Notes under the pieces: model-generated | Seen by the model: the letters and a program-made list of their open reading frames with translations, nothing else | What the model was told of the DNA's origin: nothing | Database searches by the model: none | In this document: positions 1 to 8,796 of the stretch, piece by piece | How the letters are laid out: every line of letters begins with the position of its first letter | Position numbering within the stretch: the stretch's first letter is position 1 | Made by a program: the position numbers and the translations under genes | Source of the DNA: Dehalococcoidia bacterium | Lineage (GTDB): Bacteria; Chloroflexota; Dehalococcoidia; Plut-88900 | Direction: 5' to 3' | Length of the DNA: 64,000 nucleotides | Assembly (NCBI GenBank): GCA_965197645.1 | Contig: OZ240219.1 | Span: 1,152,001-1,216,000 of the forward strand

Positions 1-1082
1 TCCTGCAGGGCGTTCATGGTCTCCGGATCACCCGTCCACCAGCCCCAGTAGTAGTAGGCCGGGCCCACGTCCAACTCGCCGCCCCGGTACAAGGCTACCT
101 TGGCTGCGTCGTCGAAGACGAACAGCACCTCGATGTTGTCTATGTAGGGCAGGCTCTCCCCGGTTATCCCATCGGGGCCTCGCCAATAGTCGGGGTTCCT
201 CTCGTAGTACTGCCCAACGCCGAACTCGTGCTCCACCAGAATCCAGGGCCCTGTGCCTATCACCGTTTCCGGTGTCTCCAGTGTGCCGAACTCCTCCAGC
301 ACCTCGGGCGCCTCTATGACGAAGTAGAGGTATGCGGCGTAGGGCAGCAGGCCCGACCAGGGTCGTTTGAGGTTGAACACCACGGTGTAGTTGTCCGGCG
401 CTTCGATGCTGTCGATAAAGCCCAGTATGTCCGCGTGAGGTGATCCCTCCGCCCTGTAGCGATTGTAGGAGAACACCACGTCGTCGGCCACCAGCTCCCG
501 GCCGTTCACCGGGGGTATGTTCTGCCAATTGACGCCCTGCCTCAGGTGGAAGGTAACCGTCAGTCCATCTTCACTTATCTCCCAGGACTCAGCCAGGTCG
601 GGATAGGGTGAAAGGTCGGAAGCGTCCAGGCGGTCGCAAACGTGATACGAGATAAGCTTGTTGTGAGTAAAGCTCTTAGTGGCAGCGCCCTCCCAGGCGT
701 TGAATTGGGCGGTGTCGTAAGTTCCCGGGTCGTAGCCGGTCATGGTGAGGGTACCGCCATGAATGGGTTCGGCATCTTCCGGCGTACACACCGGGGGCAA
801 GCCCCCTGCCTGTAGGACAAGCTCTTCCTGTTCTATAATGTAGTCGATAGCATCTTCTTCGGCGGCAGGCGCCTCCTCCTCCATCACCATCTCTTCAACC
901 GGCGCCTCCTCCGCTACTTCCTCCTCCATCACCTCCTCAACCGGCGTCTCCTCCGCCGCTTCCTCCATTACTTCGGGCTCTGTCGTAGGTTCTGTGGCTT
1001 CCTCGCCACAGGCCAGCGCCACCAGGGCAATAACTACGACTATGCTGGTGAGTAACCACAGTCGCCTGTTCAGTAGTTTCAT
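1..1082 (-). CDS. ABC transporter substrate-binding lipoprotein, family 5 (partial, runs off window start)
   Basis: Not listed in the ORF track because it is truncated. ATG at 1082 with AGGAGG SD; N-terminus MKLLNRRLWLLTSIVVVIALVALAC (lipobox); collinear with the paralogs at 1389-3353 and 3657-5582. Confidence 0.9.
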   Translation of the reverse strand, partial: MKLLNRRLWLLTSIVVVIALVALACGEEATEPTTEPEVMEEAAEETPVEEVMEEEVAEEAPVEEMVMEEEAPAAEEDAIDYIIEQEELVLQAGGLPPVCTPEDAEPIHGGTLTMTGYDPGTYDTAQFNAWEGAATKSFTHNKLISYHVCDRLDASDLSPYPDLAESWEISEDGLTVTFHLRQGVNWQNIPPVNGRELVADDVVFSYNRYRAEGSPHADILGFIDSIEAPDNYTVVFNLKRPWSGLLPYAAYLYFVIEAPEVLEEFGTLETPETVIGTGPWILVEHEFGVGQYYERNPDYWRGPDGITGESLPYIDNIEVLFVFDDAAKVALYRGGELDVGPAYYYWGWWTGDPETMNALQ

Positions 1083-1267
1083 TCTCTAGCCTCCTGTGTG
1101 ATCGTCCTCATTCCTCCACTACCCGCAACCCTAGTTTGATACAACAGCCTCATAAGGAAGAGTTGGCTTTTGACGGCGTTACTGCTACATTGGCCATCTC
1201 CTACCTGTCTTCGGTTAGCGGGATCGATAACAGCTTGGACAGGGGTTTCGTGGGGGCTGTTTGGGGC

Positions 1268-1296
1268 ATTTTCCTTCTTTGCTCATACCATGTCAA
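1268..1296 (-). promoter_or_regulatory. sigma70-type promoter (TTGACA-N17-GAAAAT)
   Basis: Reverse complement reads TTGACA TGGTATGAGCAAAGAAG GAAAAT; the same -35/-10 boxes are kept upstream of all three SBP paralogs. Confidence 0.7.
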
Positions 1297-1334
1297 CTTT
1301 GCTGGCCGGGTGCGGAAATCGAAGGTAAAAGGTA

Positions 1335-1370
1335 AGGGGCGCCACGGGTATACCTACCCGTGGCGCCCCT
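1335..1370 (-). terminator. Stem-loop terminator after SBP 1389-3353
   Basis: 16-bp stem AGGGGCGCCACGGGTA/TACCCGTGGCGCCCCT with a pyrimidine-rich tail on minus; compensatory changes versus the copy at 3604-3643. Confidence 0.75.
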
Positions 1371-1388
1371 CAGTTCCGGTCGATCTTA

Positions 1389-3353
1389 CTACCTGGCCGG
1401 AGCGTCAGTCGTAAACCAGGACTCTATGAAGCTGTAGCCCTGGTTGGCGTAGCCTTTCATGGCTCCGACGTTTATCAGGTAGTCGGGGTAGATGTTCTGG
1501 CTTATCCAGTGGGGCAACGGCCACCAGTACAGCTTTGTGGCGAAAAGCCTCTGGAGGTCCTCGACGATCTCCCTTTTTGTCTCATCGTCTGTCGCCGACA
1601 GGCCAGCTTCTATCAGGGCGGTGAACTCCGGATCGTCGATACCTTGAAGGTTTCTGGACGCGCCTGGGTAGAACTGGTTGTAGTAGAACTCAATCGGGTC
1701 GGGATAGCCTGTCCACATATAGTCGAACGCCAGCTCTGATGGCCAGTTTTCAGTGGTCGTGCTCCAGAAGGTGTCAAACATCTCCTGGTACGATATCACT
1801 GTGAGCTCTGCGTCTATTCCCAGCTCCGCCAAGTTGGCCTGGAATACCGGGGCGTTATACGGGAACTGCGCATCCGTCCCCTCGGTGTACAGCTCTATCT
1901 GGATCCGGTCTCCCACTTGGAACCCTGCAGGAGCTAGACCCTGGTCTATCAGCTCCTGTAACCCCTCGTTGAGCAGCACCCGGGCTCCTTCGATGTCTAC
2001 GGTCGGGTTGCCCTCCGCATCCACCGGAAAGTACTGTGCTGCTTCGCCCAGCTCTTCCACGGGTAGGTACCAGGGGTGGAGGGACACCAGGTCCCTGGTC
2101 TCGATCTGGGCGCCGTCGAACCACAGCTGAGGACTCCGGTCTATGACCATGTTTATCGCCTGCCGCACCTTCTGGTTCATGAAGGGGAAGGCCTCGAGGT
2201 CAGGCATGATCCACATCCCGGGAGAGATGTTCTCCACCACCTCTCGGTAGTCCGATATCAGATCGGGCCTGTCTGTCAGTGCATTCATCATCTCGGGAGA
2301 TGCCGTCCACCAGCCCCAGGACCACCAGGCTGGGCCTACGTCCAACTCCCCTGCTCGATATAACGACAGCTTGGCGGAGTCCTCAGTGACGAACAACGCC
2401 TCGATGCTGTCTATGTAGGGCAGGTTCTCCCCGGTTATCCCGTTGGGGCCCCGCCAGTAGTCGGGGTTCCTCTCGAAGACCTGTTTAACCCCGATCTCAT
2501 GCTCCACCAGAATCCATGGACCCGTGCCTATCACCGACTCCGGCGTCTCCAAAGTACCTAACTCCTCCAGCACATCGGGAGCGTCGATAGGGAAGTAGTA
2601 GTAGGCTGAGTAGGCAATCAACCCCGACCAGGGTCGGTTGAGGCGGAACACCACCGTGTAGTTATCAGGGGCTTCGACGCTGTCGACAAATGCCAGTATG
2701 CCGGCGTGAGGTGATCCCTCAGCCATGTAGCGGTTGTAGGAGAACACCACGTCGTCGGCCACCAGCTCCCGGCCGTTCAGCGGGGGTATGTCCTGCCACT
2801 TCACTCCCTGCCTAAGGTGGAAGGTGACTGTCAGTCCGTCTTCGCTTGTCTCCCAGGACTCGGCCAGGTCAGGGACGGGCGTTAAGTCGGAAGATTCATG
2901 AGGGTCACAGATGTCATAATTGGTCAACTTGTTGTGGGTAAAGCTCTTGACTACGGCGCCCGACCAGATCTCCCCACCCCCGGCTGTGTCGTAGCTTCCC
3001 GGGTCATATCCGGTCAAGGTAAGGGTACCGCCCGGGATGGGGTTGGCGCCTTCTGGCGTACATATCGGAGGCAAGCCTCCCGTCAGCACAACCAGCTCTT
3101 CAACCGGCTCCTCGACCGGCGCCTCCTCCTCCATCACCATCTCTTCCTCGGCAACCGGCTCCTCCTCCATCACCATCTCTTCCTCGACGACCGGCTCCTC
3201 CTCCATCACCTCCTCAACCGGCGGCGCCTCCACCTCCTCCGCTACCTCAGGGACTGGCGTAGGCGCAGCTTCCTCGCCGCAGGCCAGCGCCACCAGGGCG
3301 ATAACGACGACTATACTGGTGAATAACCACAACCGTCTGTTTAGTGATTTCAT
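1389..3353 (-). CDS. ABC transporter substrate-binding lipoprotein, family 5 (DppA/OppA-like)
   Basis: Lipobox ALAC, acidic linker, PDLAESWETSEDGLTVTFHLRQGVKW motif, IGTGPW motif. Confidence 0.92.
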   Translation of the reverse strand: MKSLNRRLWLFTSIVVVIALVALACGEEAAPTPVPEVAEEVEAPPVEEVMEEEPVVEEEMVMEEEPVAEEEMVMEEEAPVEEPVEELVVLTGGLPPICTPEGANPIPGGTLTLTGYDPGSYDTAGGGEIWSGAVVKSFTHNKLTNYDICDPHESSDLTPVPDLAESWETSEDGLTVTFHLRQGVKWQDIPPLNGRELVADDVVFSYNRYMAEGSPHAGILAFVDSVEAPDNYTVVFRLNRPWSGLIAYSAYYYFPIDAPDVLEELGTLETPESVIGTGPWILVEHEIGVKQVFERNPDYWRGPNGITGENLPYIDSIEALFVTEDSAKLSLYRAGELDVGPAWWSWGWWTASPEMMNALTDRPDLISDYREVVENISPGMWIMPDLEAFPFMNQKVRQAINMVIDRSPQLWFDGAQIETRDLVSLHPWYLPVEELGEAAQYFPVDAEGNPTVDIEGARVLLNEGLQELIDQGLAPAGFQVGDRIQIELYTEGTDAQFPYNAPVFQANLAELGIDAELTVISYQEMFDTFWSTTTENWPSELAFDYMWTGYPDPIEFYYNQFYPGASRNLQGIDDPEFTALIEAGLSATDDETKREIVEDLQRLFATKLYWWPLPHWISQNIYPDYLINVGAMKGYANQGYSFIESWFTTDAPAR

Positions 3354-3538
3354 TCTTTCGCCTCCTGTTAGATTGCCCGGATTCCTCTACCGCCCAGAGC
3401 CCCTGTTACAACAATAGCCTCAATTTAGGAACGATTGGCTTTTGGTAACGTTACTGCTACATTGACTATCTCCCACCTGTTTCGGCTAGTGGGATTGATA
3501 ACAGCTTGGACAGGGGTTTCGTGGGGGCTGTTTGGGGC

Positions 3539-3567
3539 ATTTTCCTTCTTTGCTCATACCATGTCAA
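3539..3567 (-). promoter_or_regulatory. sigma70-type promoter (TTGACA-N17-GAAAAT)
   Basis: Identical to the promoter at 1268-1296. Confidence 0.7.
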
Positions 3568-3603
3568 CTTTGCTGGCCGGGTGCGGAAAACGAAGGTGAA
3601 AGG

Positions 3604-3643
3604 TGAGGGGCTCCGCGAGTAGACCTACCCGCGGAGCCCCTCA
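3604..3643 (-). terminator. Stem-loop terminator after SBP 3657-5582
   Basis: Stem TGAGGGGCTCCGCGAGTA/TACCCGCGGAGCCCCTCA; covaries with 1335-1370. Confidence 0.75.
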
Positions 3644-3656
3644 GTTCCGGTCGATC

Positions 3657-5582
3657 TTACTGCCTGGCGGGAGCGTCCTCCGTGAACCAGGACTCCAGGA
3701 AGGTGTAGCCCTGGTGGGCTGATCCCTTCATTCCGCCGGCGTTCTTGAGGTAGTCCGGATAAACGTTCTCGCTTATCCAGTGGGGAGTCGGCCACCAGTA
3801 CAGCTTCACAGCGAAGAGCTTCTGGAGGTCCTCCACTATCTTCCTCTTGGTTTCATCGTCTCTTGCCGCGAACCCGGCGTCAATCAGCTCTACAAACTCG
3901 GGGTCATCGACCTTCTGGAGGTTGTTCGCGTTGCCGGGGTAGAAGAAGTTGTAGTAGAAGTCAATGGGATCCGGGAAGGTCTGGAGAGTCCAGTCGTAGG
4001 CTATATCGCCGGGCCAGTCATCAAAGTCGCCCCAGATCTGATCGTACATCTCGCCGTAGTCTATGACCTTGAGATCTACGTCCATTCCCAGCTCTTTAGC
4101 GTTGGCCTGGAACACCGATGCGTTCTGCTCGAAGAACTCTTCCACGCGGTGGGTGAACATTTTTACCTGTATCGGATCGCCAATCTGAAACCCCTCGGGG
4201 GCCAGCCCCTCATCTATCAGCTCCTGCAGCCCCTCGTTGAACAGTACCTTGGCCCCTTCGACGTCCGCGGTCATGGTGCCCTCCGCATCCGTCGGGAAGT
4301 AGGCTGCCCCCTCGCCCAGCTCATCGAGGGGGACGAACCAGGGATGGACGGCGATCAGGTCCCTGGTCTCGACCACGGCGCCGCCGAACCATAGCTGGGG
4401 ACTGCGGTCTATGATCATGTTTATCGCCTGCCGCACCTTCTGGTTCATGAAGGGGAAAGTTGTCAGCTTTGGTACGATGTACACCTCGGTGGTGAACTGC
4501 TCTACCACCTGCCGGTGGTCCGCTATCAGATCGGGCCTATCCTGCAGTGCGTTCAAGCTCTCCGGGTCGGCCGACCACCAGCCCCAGTAGTAGTAGGCTG
4601 GGCCCACGTCCAGCTCGCCGCTCCGGTACATGGATATCTTGGTCGCATCTTCGGCGACGAACAGCACTTCGATGTTGTCTATGTAGGGCAGGTTCTCACC
4701 GGTTACCCCGTTGGGCCCCCGCCAGTAGTCCGGGTTCCTCTCGTAGTACTGTCTAACCCCGAACTCGTGCTCCACCAGGATCCACGGCCCCGTGCCTATC
4801 ACCGACTCCGGGGTCTCCAAGGTGCCGAGCTCATGCAGCACCTCGGGCGCCTCGATAACGAAGTAGTGATAGGCGGCGTAGCCGAGAAGGCCGGACCAGG
4901 GCCTCTTGAGGCTGAACACCACGGTGTAGTTGTCCGGTGCTTCGACGCTGTCGACGAAGCCCAGTACGCCCGAGAGGGGCGAGATCTCGTTCATGTAGCG
5001 GTTGTAGGAGAACACCACGTCGTCGGCCACCAGCTCCCGGCCGTTTACCGGAGGTATGTTCTGCCACTTGACGCCCTTCCTCAGGTGGAAGGTGACGGTT
5101 AGCCCGTCTTCGCTTATCTCCCAGGACTCGGCCAGGTCGGGGTAGGGGGACAGGTCGGAAGAGTCGTGGGGGTCGCAGATGTGATACGTGATCAGCTTGT
5201 TGTGGGTAAAGCTCTTTGTGGCGGCCGCTTCCCAGGCGTTGTACTGGGAGGTGTCGTAGGTTCCCGGGTCGTAGCCGGTCATGGTGAGGGTACCGCCGTG
5301 AAGGGGCTCGGCGCCTTCCGGCGTGCACACCGGAGGCAAGCCGCCCGTCTGGAGGACCGTCTCATCCATCGCCTCATCTTCCATCACCATCTCGTCGTCC
5401 GGTTCCTCCTCCATCACTTCCTCTTCCATTACCTCCTCAACCGGCGTCTCCTCCACCGCTTCCTCCATTACTTCGGGCGCTGTCGTAGGTTCTGTGGCTT
5501 CCTCGCCACAGGCCAGCGCCACCAGGGCGATAACGACGACGATGCTGGTGAGTAACCAGAGCCGCCTGTTCAGTAGTTTCAT
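3657..5582 (-). CDS. ABC transporter substrate-binding lipoprotein, family 5
   Basis: Lipobox and SBP_bac_5 motifs; close paralog of its neighbours. Confidence 0.92.
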   Translation of the reverse strand: MKLLNRRLWLLTSIVVVIALVALACGEEATEPTTAPEVMEEAVEETPVEEVMEEEVMEEEPDDEMVMEDEAMDETVLQTGGLPPVCTPEGAEPLHGGTLTMTGYDPGTYDTSQYNAWEAAATKSFTHNKLITYHICDPHDSSDLSPYPDLAESWEISEDGLTVTFHLRKGVKWQNIPPVNGRELVADDVVFSYNRYMNEISPLSGVLGFVDSVEAPDNYTVVFSLKRPWSGLLGYAAYHYFVIEAPEVLHELGTLETPESVIGTGPWILVEHEFGVRQYYERNPDYWRGPNGVTGENLPYIDNIEVLFVAEDATKISMYRSGELDVGPAYYYWGWWSADPESLNALQDRPDLIADHRQVVEQFTTEVYIVPKLTTFPFMNQKVRQAINMIIDRSPQLWFGGAVVETRDLIAVHPWFVPLDELGEGAAYFPTDAEGTMTADVEGAKVLFNEGLQELIDEGLAPEGFQIGDPIQVKMFTHRVEEFFEQNASVFQANAKELGMDVDLKVIDYGEMYDQIWGDFDDWPGDIAYDWTLQTFPDPIDFYYNFFYPGNANNLQKVDDPEFVELIDAGFAARDDETKRKIVEDLQKLFAVKLYWWPTPHWISENVYPDYLKNAGGMKGSAHQGYTFLESWFTEDAPARQ

Positions 5583-5767
5583 TCTCTCGCCTCCTGTGTG
5601 ATCATACTAAGTTCTCCACTACCCGCAGTCCTGGCTACGGCAGGAATCTGGCGGGAAGGGACTGGTTGTTGACGACGTTACTGCTACATTGGCTATCTCC
5701 TACCTGTTCTCGGTCGGAGGAGAATGGTGGCAGCCAATAGTGGGGTTTCGTGAAAGCTGTTCGCGGC

Positions 5768-5796
5768 ATTTTCCTTCGGTGCCAATACGTTGTCAA
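5768..5796 (-). promoter_or_regulatory. sigma70-type promoter (TTGACA-N17-GAAAAT)
   Basis: Reverse complement reads TTGACA ACGTATTGGCACCGAAG GAAAAT; the boxes are conserved while the spacer has diverged from the other two copies. Confidence 0.7.
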
Positions 5797-5798
5797 CA

Positions 5799-5816
5799 AT
5801 GTGTATGATTTCACAA
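5799..5816. promoter_or_regulatory. CRP/Rex-like palindromic operator candidate
   Basis: ATGTGTATGATTTCACAA resembles TGTGA-N6-TCACA and TTGTGAA-N4-TTCACAA, directly upstream of the -35 box. Confidence 0.4.
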
Positions 5817-6029
5817 AGCTTACCGGGAGATGGCACCGCACATGTAGGCCTTCACTATGTCCGGCTGCCTCTTGTTGCCTGCGGTGAAGGAGCGCCCTCT
5901 GAAGCGTGCAATATGGTAGCATGTGCATCTCAATAGCTACCCAGAAGCCCATCTTGAAACCTCCGCCTACCGCCAGGTGATACGATAAGTTCCTGGAGTG
6001 GCGGCAACCGTGGAAAGGGAAGGTGAGCC

Positions 6030-7718
6030 ATGAGAGAGTACGATCTGGTAATCAGGGGCGGAACGATAGTGGATGGAACGGGCATTCCTCGCTACAGGGC
6101 GGACCTGGCGGTCAAGGACGGTCGGGTGGCCAACATCAGCGGCAAGATCCCGGCGGGCAACGCCAAGGAGATAGATGCCGGCGGATGCATCGTGGCGCCC
6201 GGGGCCATCGACCTCCACACCCACTACGATGCACAGCTCAACTGGGACCCTTACGCCACCCTTTCGGGCTGGTTCGGGGTCACCTCTCTCACCATCGGAC
6301 AGTGTGGCTTCGGATTCGCGCCCACCAGGCCCCAAGACCGGGAGCTCAACATGCGCATGATGAATCGCATAGAGGCCATTCCGTTGGAGTCCATGCGATT
6401 GGGAATGCGGTGGGACTGGGAGACCTTCCCCGAGTATCTCGATAGCCTGGACCGGCAGGCCCTGGGGGTGAACGTGGGAGCACTGTTCCCCTTCTCGCCC
6501 CTGAGAGGATATGTGCTGGGGATGATCCCGTCCCGGGAGAGGACATCGGTTACGGACGAGGAGTTGAACGAGATGAAGCGCCTCTTCCACGAGGCCATGG
6601 AGGCCGGCGCCTTTGGCTTCTCCACGGACATGAACACGGGGGATAGGCCGGAAGATGGGTCCTGGCTGCCCAGCCACGTGGCCTCCAACGAGGAGTACAC
6701 GGCTCTCGCAGAGGTGCTTACCGAGTTCGGAGTGGGGCACATCGGCTGGACCATTGCTAATTCCGGGGGCCTCCCTCCCGAGAAGAGTCCGAGTCGACAG
6801 CGTGAGGTGATGACCCAGCTGATGAGGATCAGTGGCCGGCCCCTGCACGTGCTCTTGGAGCAGGAATCGGCCCGGGACGCGTGGGTGGCGGAGATGCGGG
6901 CCGAGGGGCTGCCTCTAATGACCCAGGAGTTGGTCATGGAGGTCAATGCCGAGTTCAAGCTGGCGGAGTACAACCTCTTCGATACTCTGCCCAGCTGGGT
7001 GGATCCGCTGGTCGGCACAGTCGAGGAACGGGTCATCAAGCTGCGGGACCCCGACACCCGGGCCGCCATGAAGAAAGACGCCGACGAGCAGGCCCTGCTC
7101 CGTACCGACTGGACCAGGATCACCGTCCTGGAGACGATCCACGAGCGGAACTACAAGTATGACGGGCTAACTATCGAAGAGGTAGCCCGCATGCAGGACA
7201 AGCATCCTCTGGACGCCTTCCTGGACCTGGCCCTGGACGAGGCGCTGGAGACCCAGTTTGCCCACGCTGTGGACCCCGAGCCGTTGGAGCAGAATGTCCT
7301 GAACCCCTATGGACACATCTCAGTGTCCGATGGCGGCGCCCACACCAGGTACCTCACCACCGCTACCTGGCCCGTGGAGTTCCTTACCCACTGGGTCCGG
7401 GACAAGGAGATAATGAGTCTGGAGCAAGCCCATTACAAGATGAGCTCGCTCCCCGCCTGGTTCGCCGATTTCAAGGACCGGGGCGCTCTCCGCATAGGGG
7501 CCTGGGCCGATATCATGGTCTACGACCAGCAGGAGCTAGGCTTCCTCTACGACAGGATGGTCTACGCCAACGACTTTCCGGGCGGCGAGCGCCGGGTGAT
7601 ACAGAAGCCCACGGGCCTTCGTTACACCCTGGTCAACGGCGCCGTGACCTTCGAGGACAACGAGTGCACAGGCGCACTGCCGGGCGTGCTGCTGCGCAGC
7701 TACGACATGGTAGTCTGA
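6030..7718 (+). CDS. N-acyl-D-amino-acid deacylase family amidohydrolase
   Basis: YDLVIRGGTIVDGTG N-terminus, PGAIDLHTHYD, SDGGAH motifs. Confidence 0.88.
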   Translation: MREYDLVIRGGTIVDGTGIPRYRADLAVKDGRVANISGKIPAGNAKEIDAGGCIVAPGAIDLHTHYDAQLNWDPYATLSGWFGVTSLTIGQCGFGFAPTRPQDRELNMRMMNRIEAIPLESMRLGMRWDWETFPEYLDSLDRQALGVNVGALFPFSPLRGYVLGMIPSRERTSVTDEELNEMKRLFHEAMEAGAFGFSTDMNTGDRPEDGSWLPSHVASNEEYTALAEVLTEFGVGHIGWTIANSGGLPPEKSPSRQREVMTQLMRISGRPLHVLLEQESARDAWVAEMRAEGLPLMTQELVMEVNAEFKLAEYNLFDTLPSWVDPLVGTVEERVIKLRDPDTRAAMKKDADEQALLRTDWTRITVLETIHERNYKYDGLTIEEVARMQDKHPLDAFLDLALDEALETQFAHAVDPEPLEQNVLNPYGHISVSDGGAHTRYLTTATWPVEFLTHWVRDKEIMSLEQAHYKMSSLPAWFADFKDRGALRIGAWADIMVYDQQELGFLYDRMVYANDFPGGERRVIQKPTGLRYTLVNGAVTFEDNECTGALPGVLLRSYDMVV

Positions 7719-7738
7719 TTGCAAATCTGTCGGATGTA

Positions 7739-7830
7739 GGGAGAGTCCAGAAGGACACTTCCCTCTGGCAGGGGGATTGGGGGATGTGCCCCCAGGTATA
7801 AACCCATCCCGGTGTGGGGTGGAGGGGGAC
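7739..7830 (+). repeat. Intergenic palindromic repeat, family B
   Basis: GAGTCCAGA..TTCCCTCTGGCAGGGGGATTGGGGGATGTGCCCCCAG core shared with ~10190, ~13787, ~45919 and ~58180 (inverted). Confidence 0.6.
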
Positions 7831-7871
7831 AAAAGCACCGATGCTTTTGAGACAAGCTCAGGAGAGTGCCA

Positions 7872-8723
7872 ATGATCAGCGAAGAGCAGGTCAAGCAGTA
7901 TCGTGAGGATGGGTACCTGGTCGTCAAGAACGTCCTGTCGAAGGACGAGGTGGCCGAGCTCGGCCGGGTTACCGACGAGTTCCGGGAGAAGTCTCGAGAG
8001 GCAACCGAGCACACGGGCGTCTTCGATCTCGAACCCGACCACACCCCGGAGGACCCCAAGCTCCGTCGCATAAAATCGCCCCACGAGCATCACCCCGTTT
8101 ACGAAGCCGCCCGTTGCAACGAGAGAATCCTCGACGTCGTCGAGCATCTCGTGGGTCCGGGTGTTCGATTCTTCGAGACGAAGCTCAACATGAAATGCCC
8201 CGAGGGCGGCAGCCAGGTGGAGTGGCACACCGACTGGGGTTTCTACCCCCACACCAACGATGACATCGTCGCGGTGGGCATCTCCCTGGATGACATGGAG
8301 ATCGAAAACGGGTGCATGATGGTGATGCCCGGCTCCCACACCGGCCCCCACTGGAGTCACCACGAGGACGGGGTGTTTATAGGCGCCGTCTCCGAAGAGG
8401 CGTTCGACATGGAGTACGCGGCCCCTGTGACCATGAAGGCGGGAGACATCTCCGTGCATCACGTGCGACTGCTCCACGGGTCAGCACCCAACGTCTCGGA
8501 GAGGCCCAGACGCCTTCTTCTTCAGAGCTACACGGCCCTCGACGCCTTTCCCCTCAGCGGCATCGCCGACTGGGACGTGTGGAACGACATGATCCTCCGT
8601 GGCGAGCCCACGTTCGAACCCCGCTTGGAGAAGGTGCCGGTCCACTTCCCGCTGCCAATGCCCGACCGTGTTGGCTCCATCTTCGAGCTGCAGACCCAGA
8701 TGAAGAAGTCCCACTACAAGTAG
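7872..8723 (+). CDS. Phytanoyl-CoA dioxygenase family Fe(II)/2-oxoglutarate oxygenase
   Basis: WHTDW (HxD) and distal HGS motif; ATG at 7872 after AGGAGA (alternative GTG at 7866). Confidence 0.88.
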   Translation: MISEEQVKQYREDGYLVVKNVLSKDEVAELGRVTDEFREKSREATEHTGVFDLEPDHTPEDPKLRRIKSPHEHHPVYEAARCNERILDVVEHLVGPGVRFFETKLNMKCPEGGSQVEWHTDWGFYPHTNDDIVAVGISLDDMEIENGCMMVMPGSHTGPHWSHHEDGVFIGAVSEEAFDMEYAAPVTMKAGDISVHHVRLLHGSAPNVSERPRRLLLQSYTALDAFPLSGIADWDVWNDMILRGEPTFEPRLEKVPVHFPLPMPDRVGSIFELQTQMKKSHYK

Positions 8724-8796
8724 CCGGCCCCGCTTACGCCCGCGCGTCTATGCGCCGGCTTTTCACCGCCCACCACCGGAACGTAAGGAGGAGATC

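Noticed and set aside
1146-1197. 15-aa leader peptide MANVAVTPSKANSSL upstream of the first SBP
   Set aside because: Its ATG is ATA in the other two copies and sits too close to the SD; only the ATG-TAG frame is conserved
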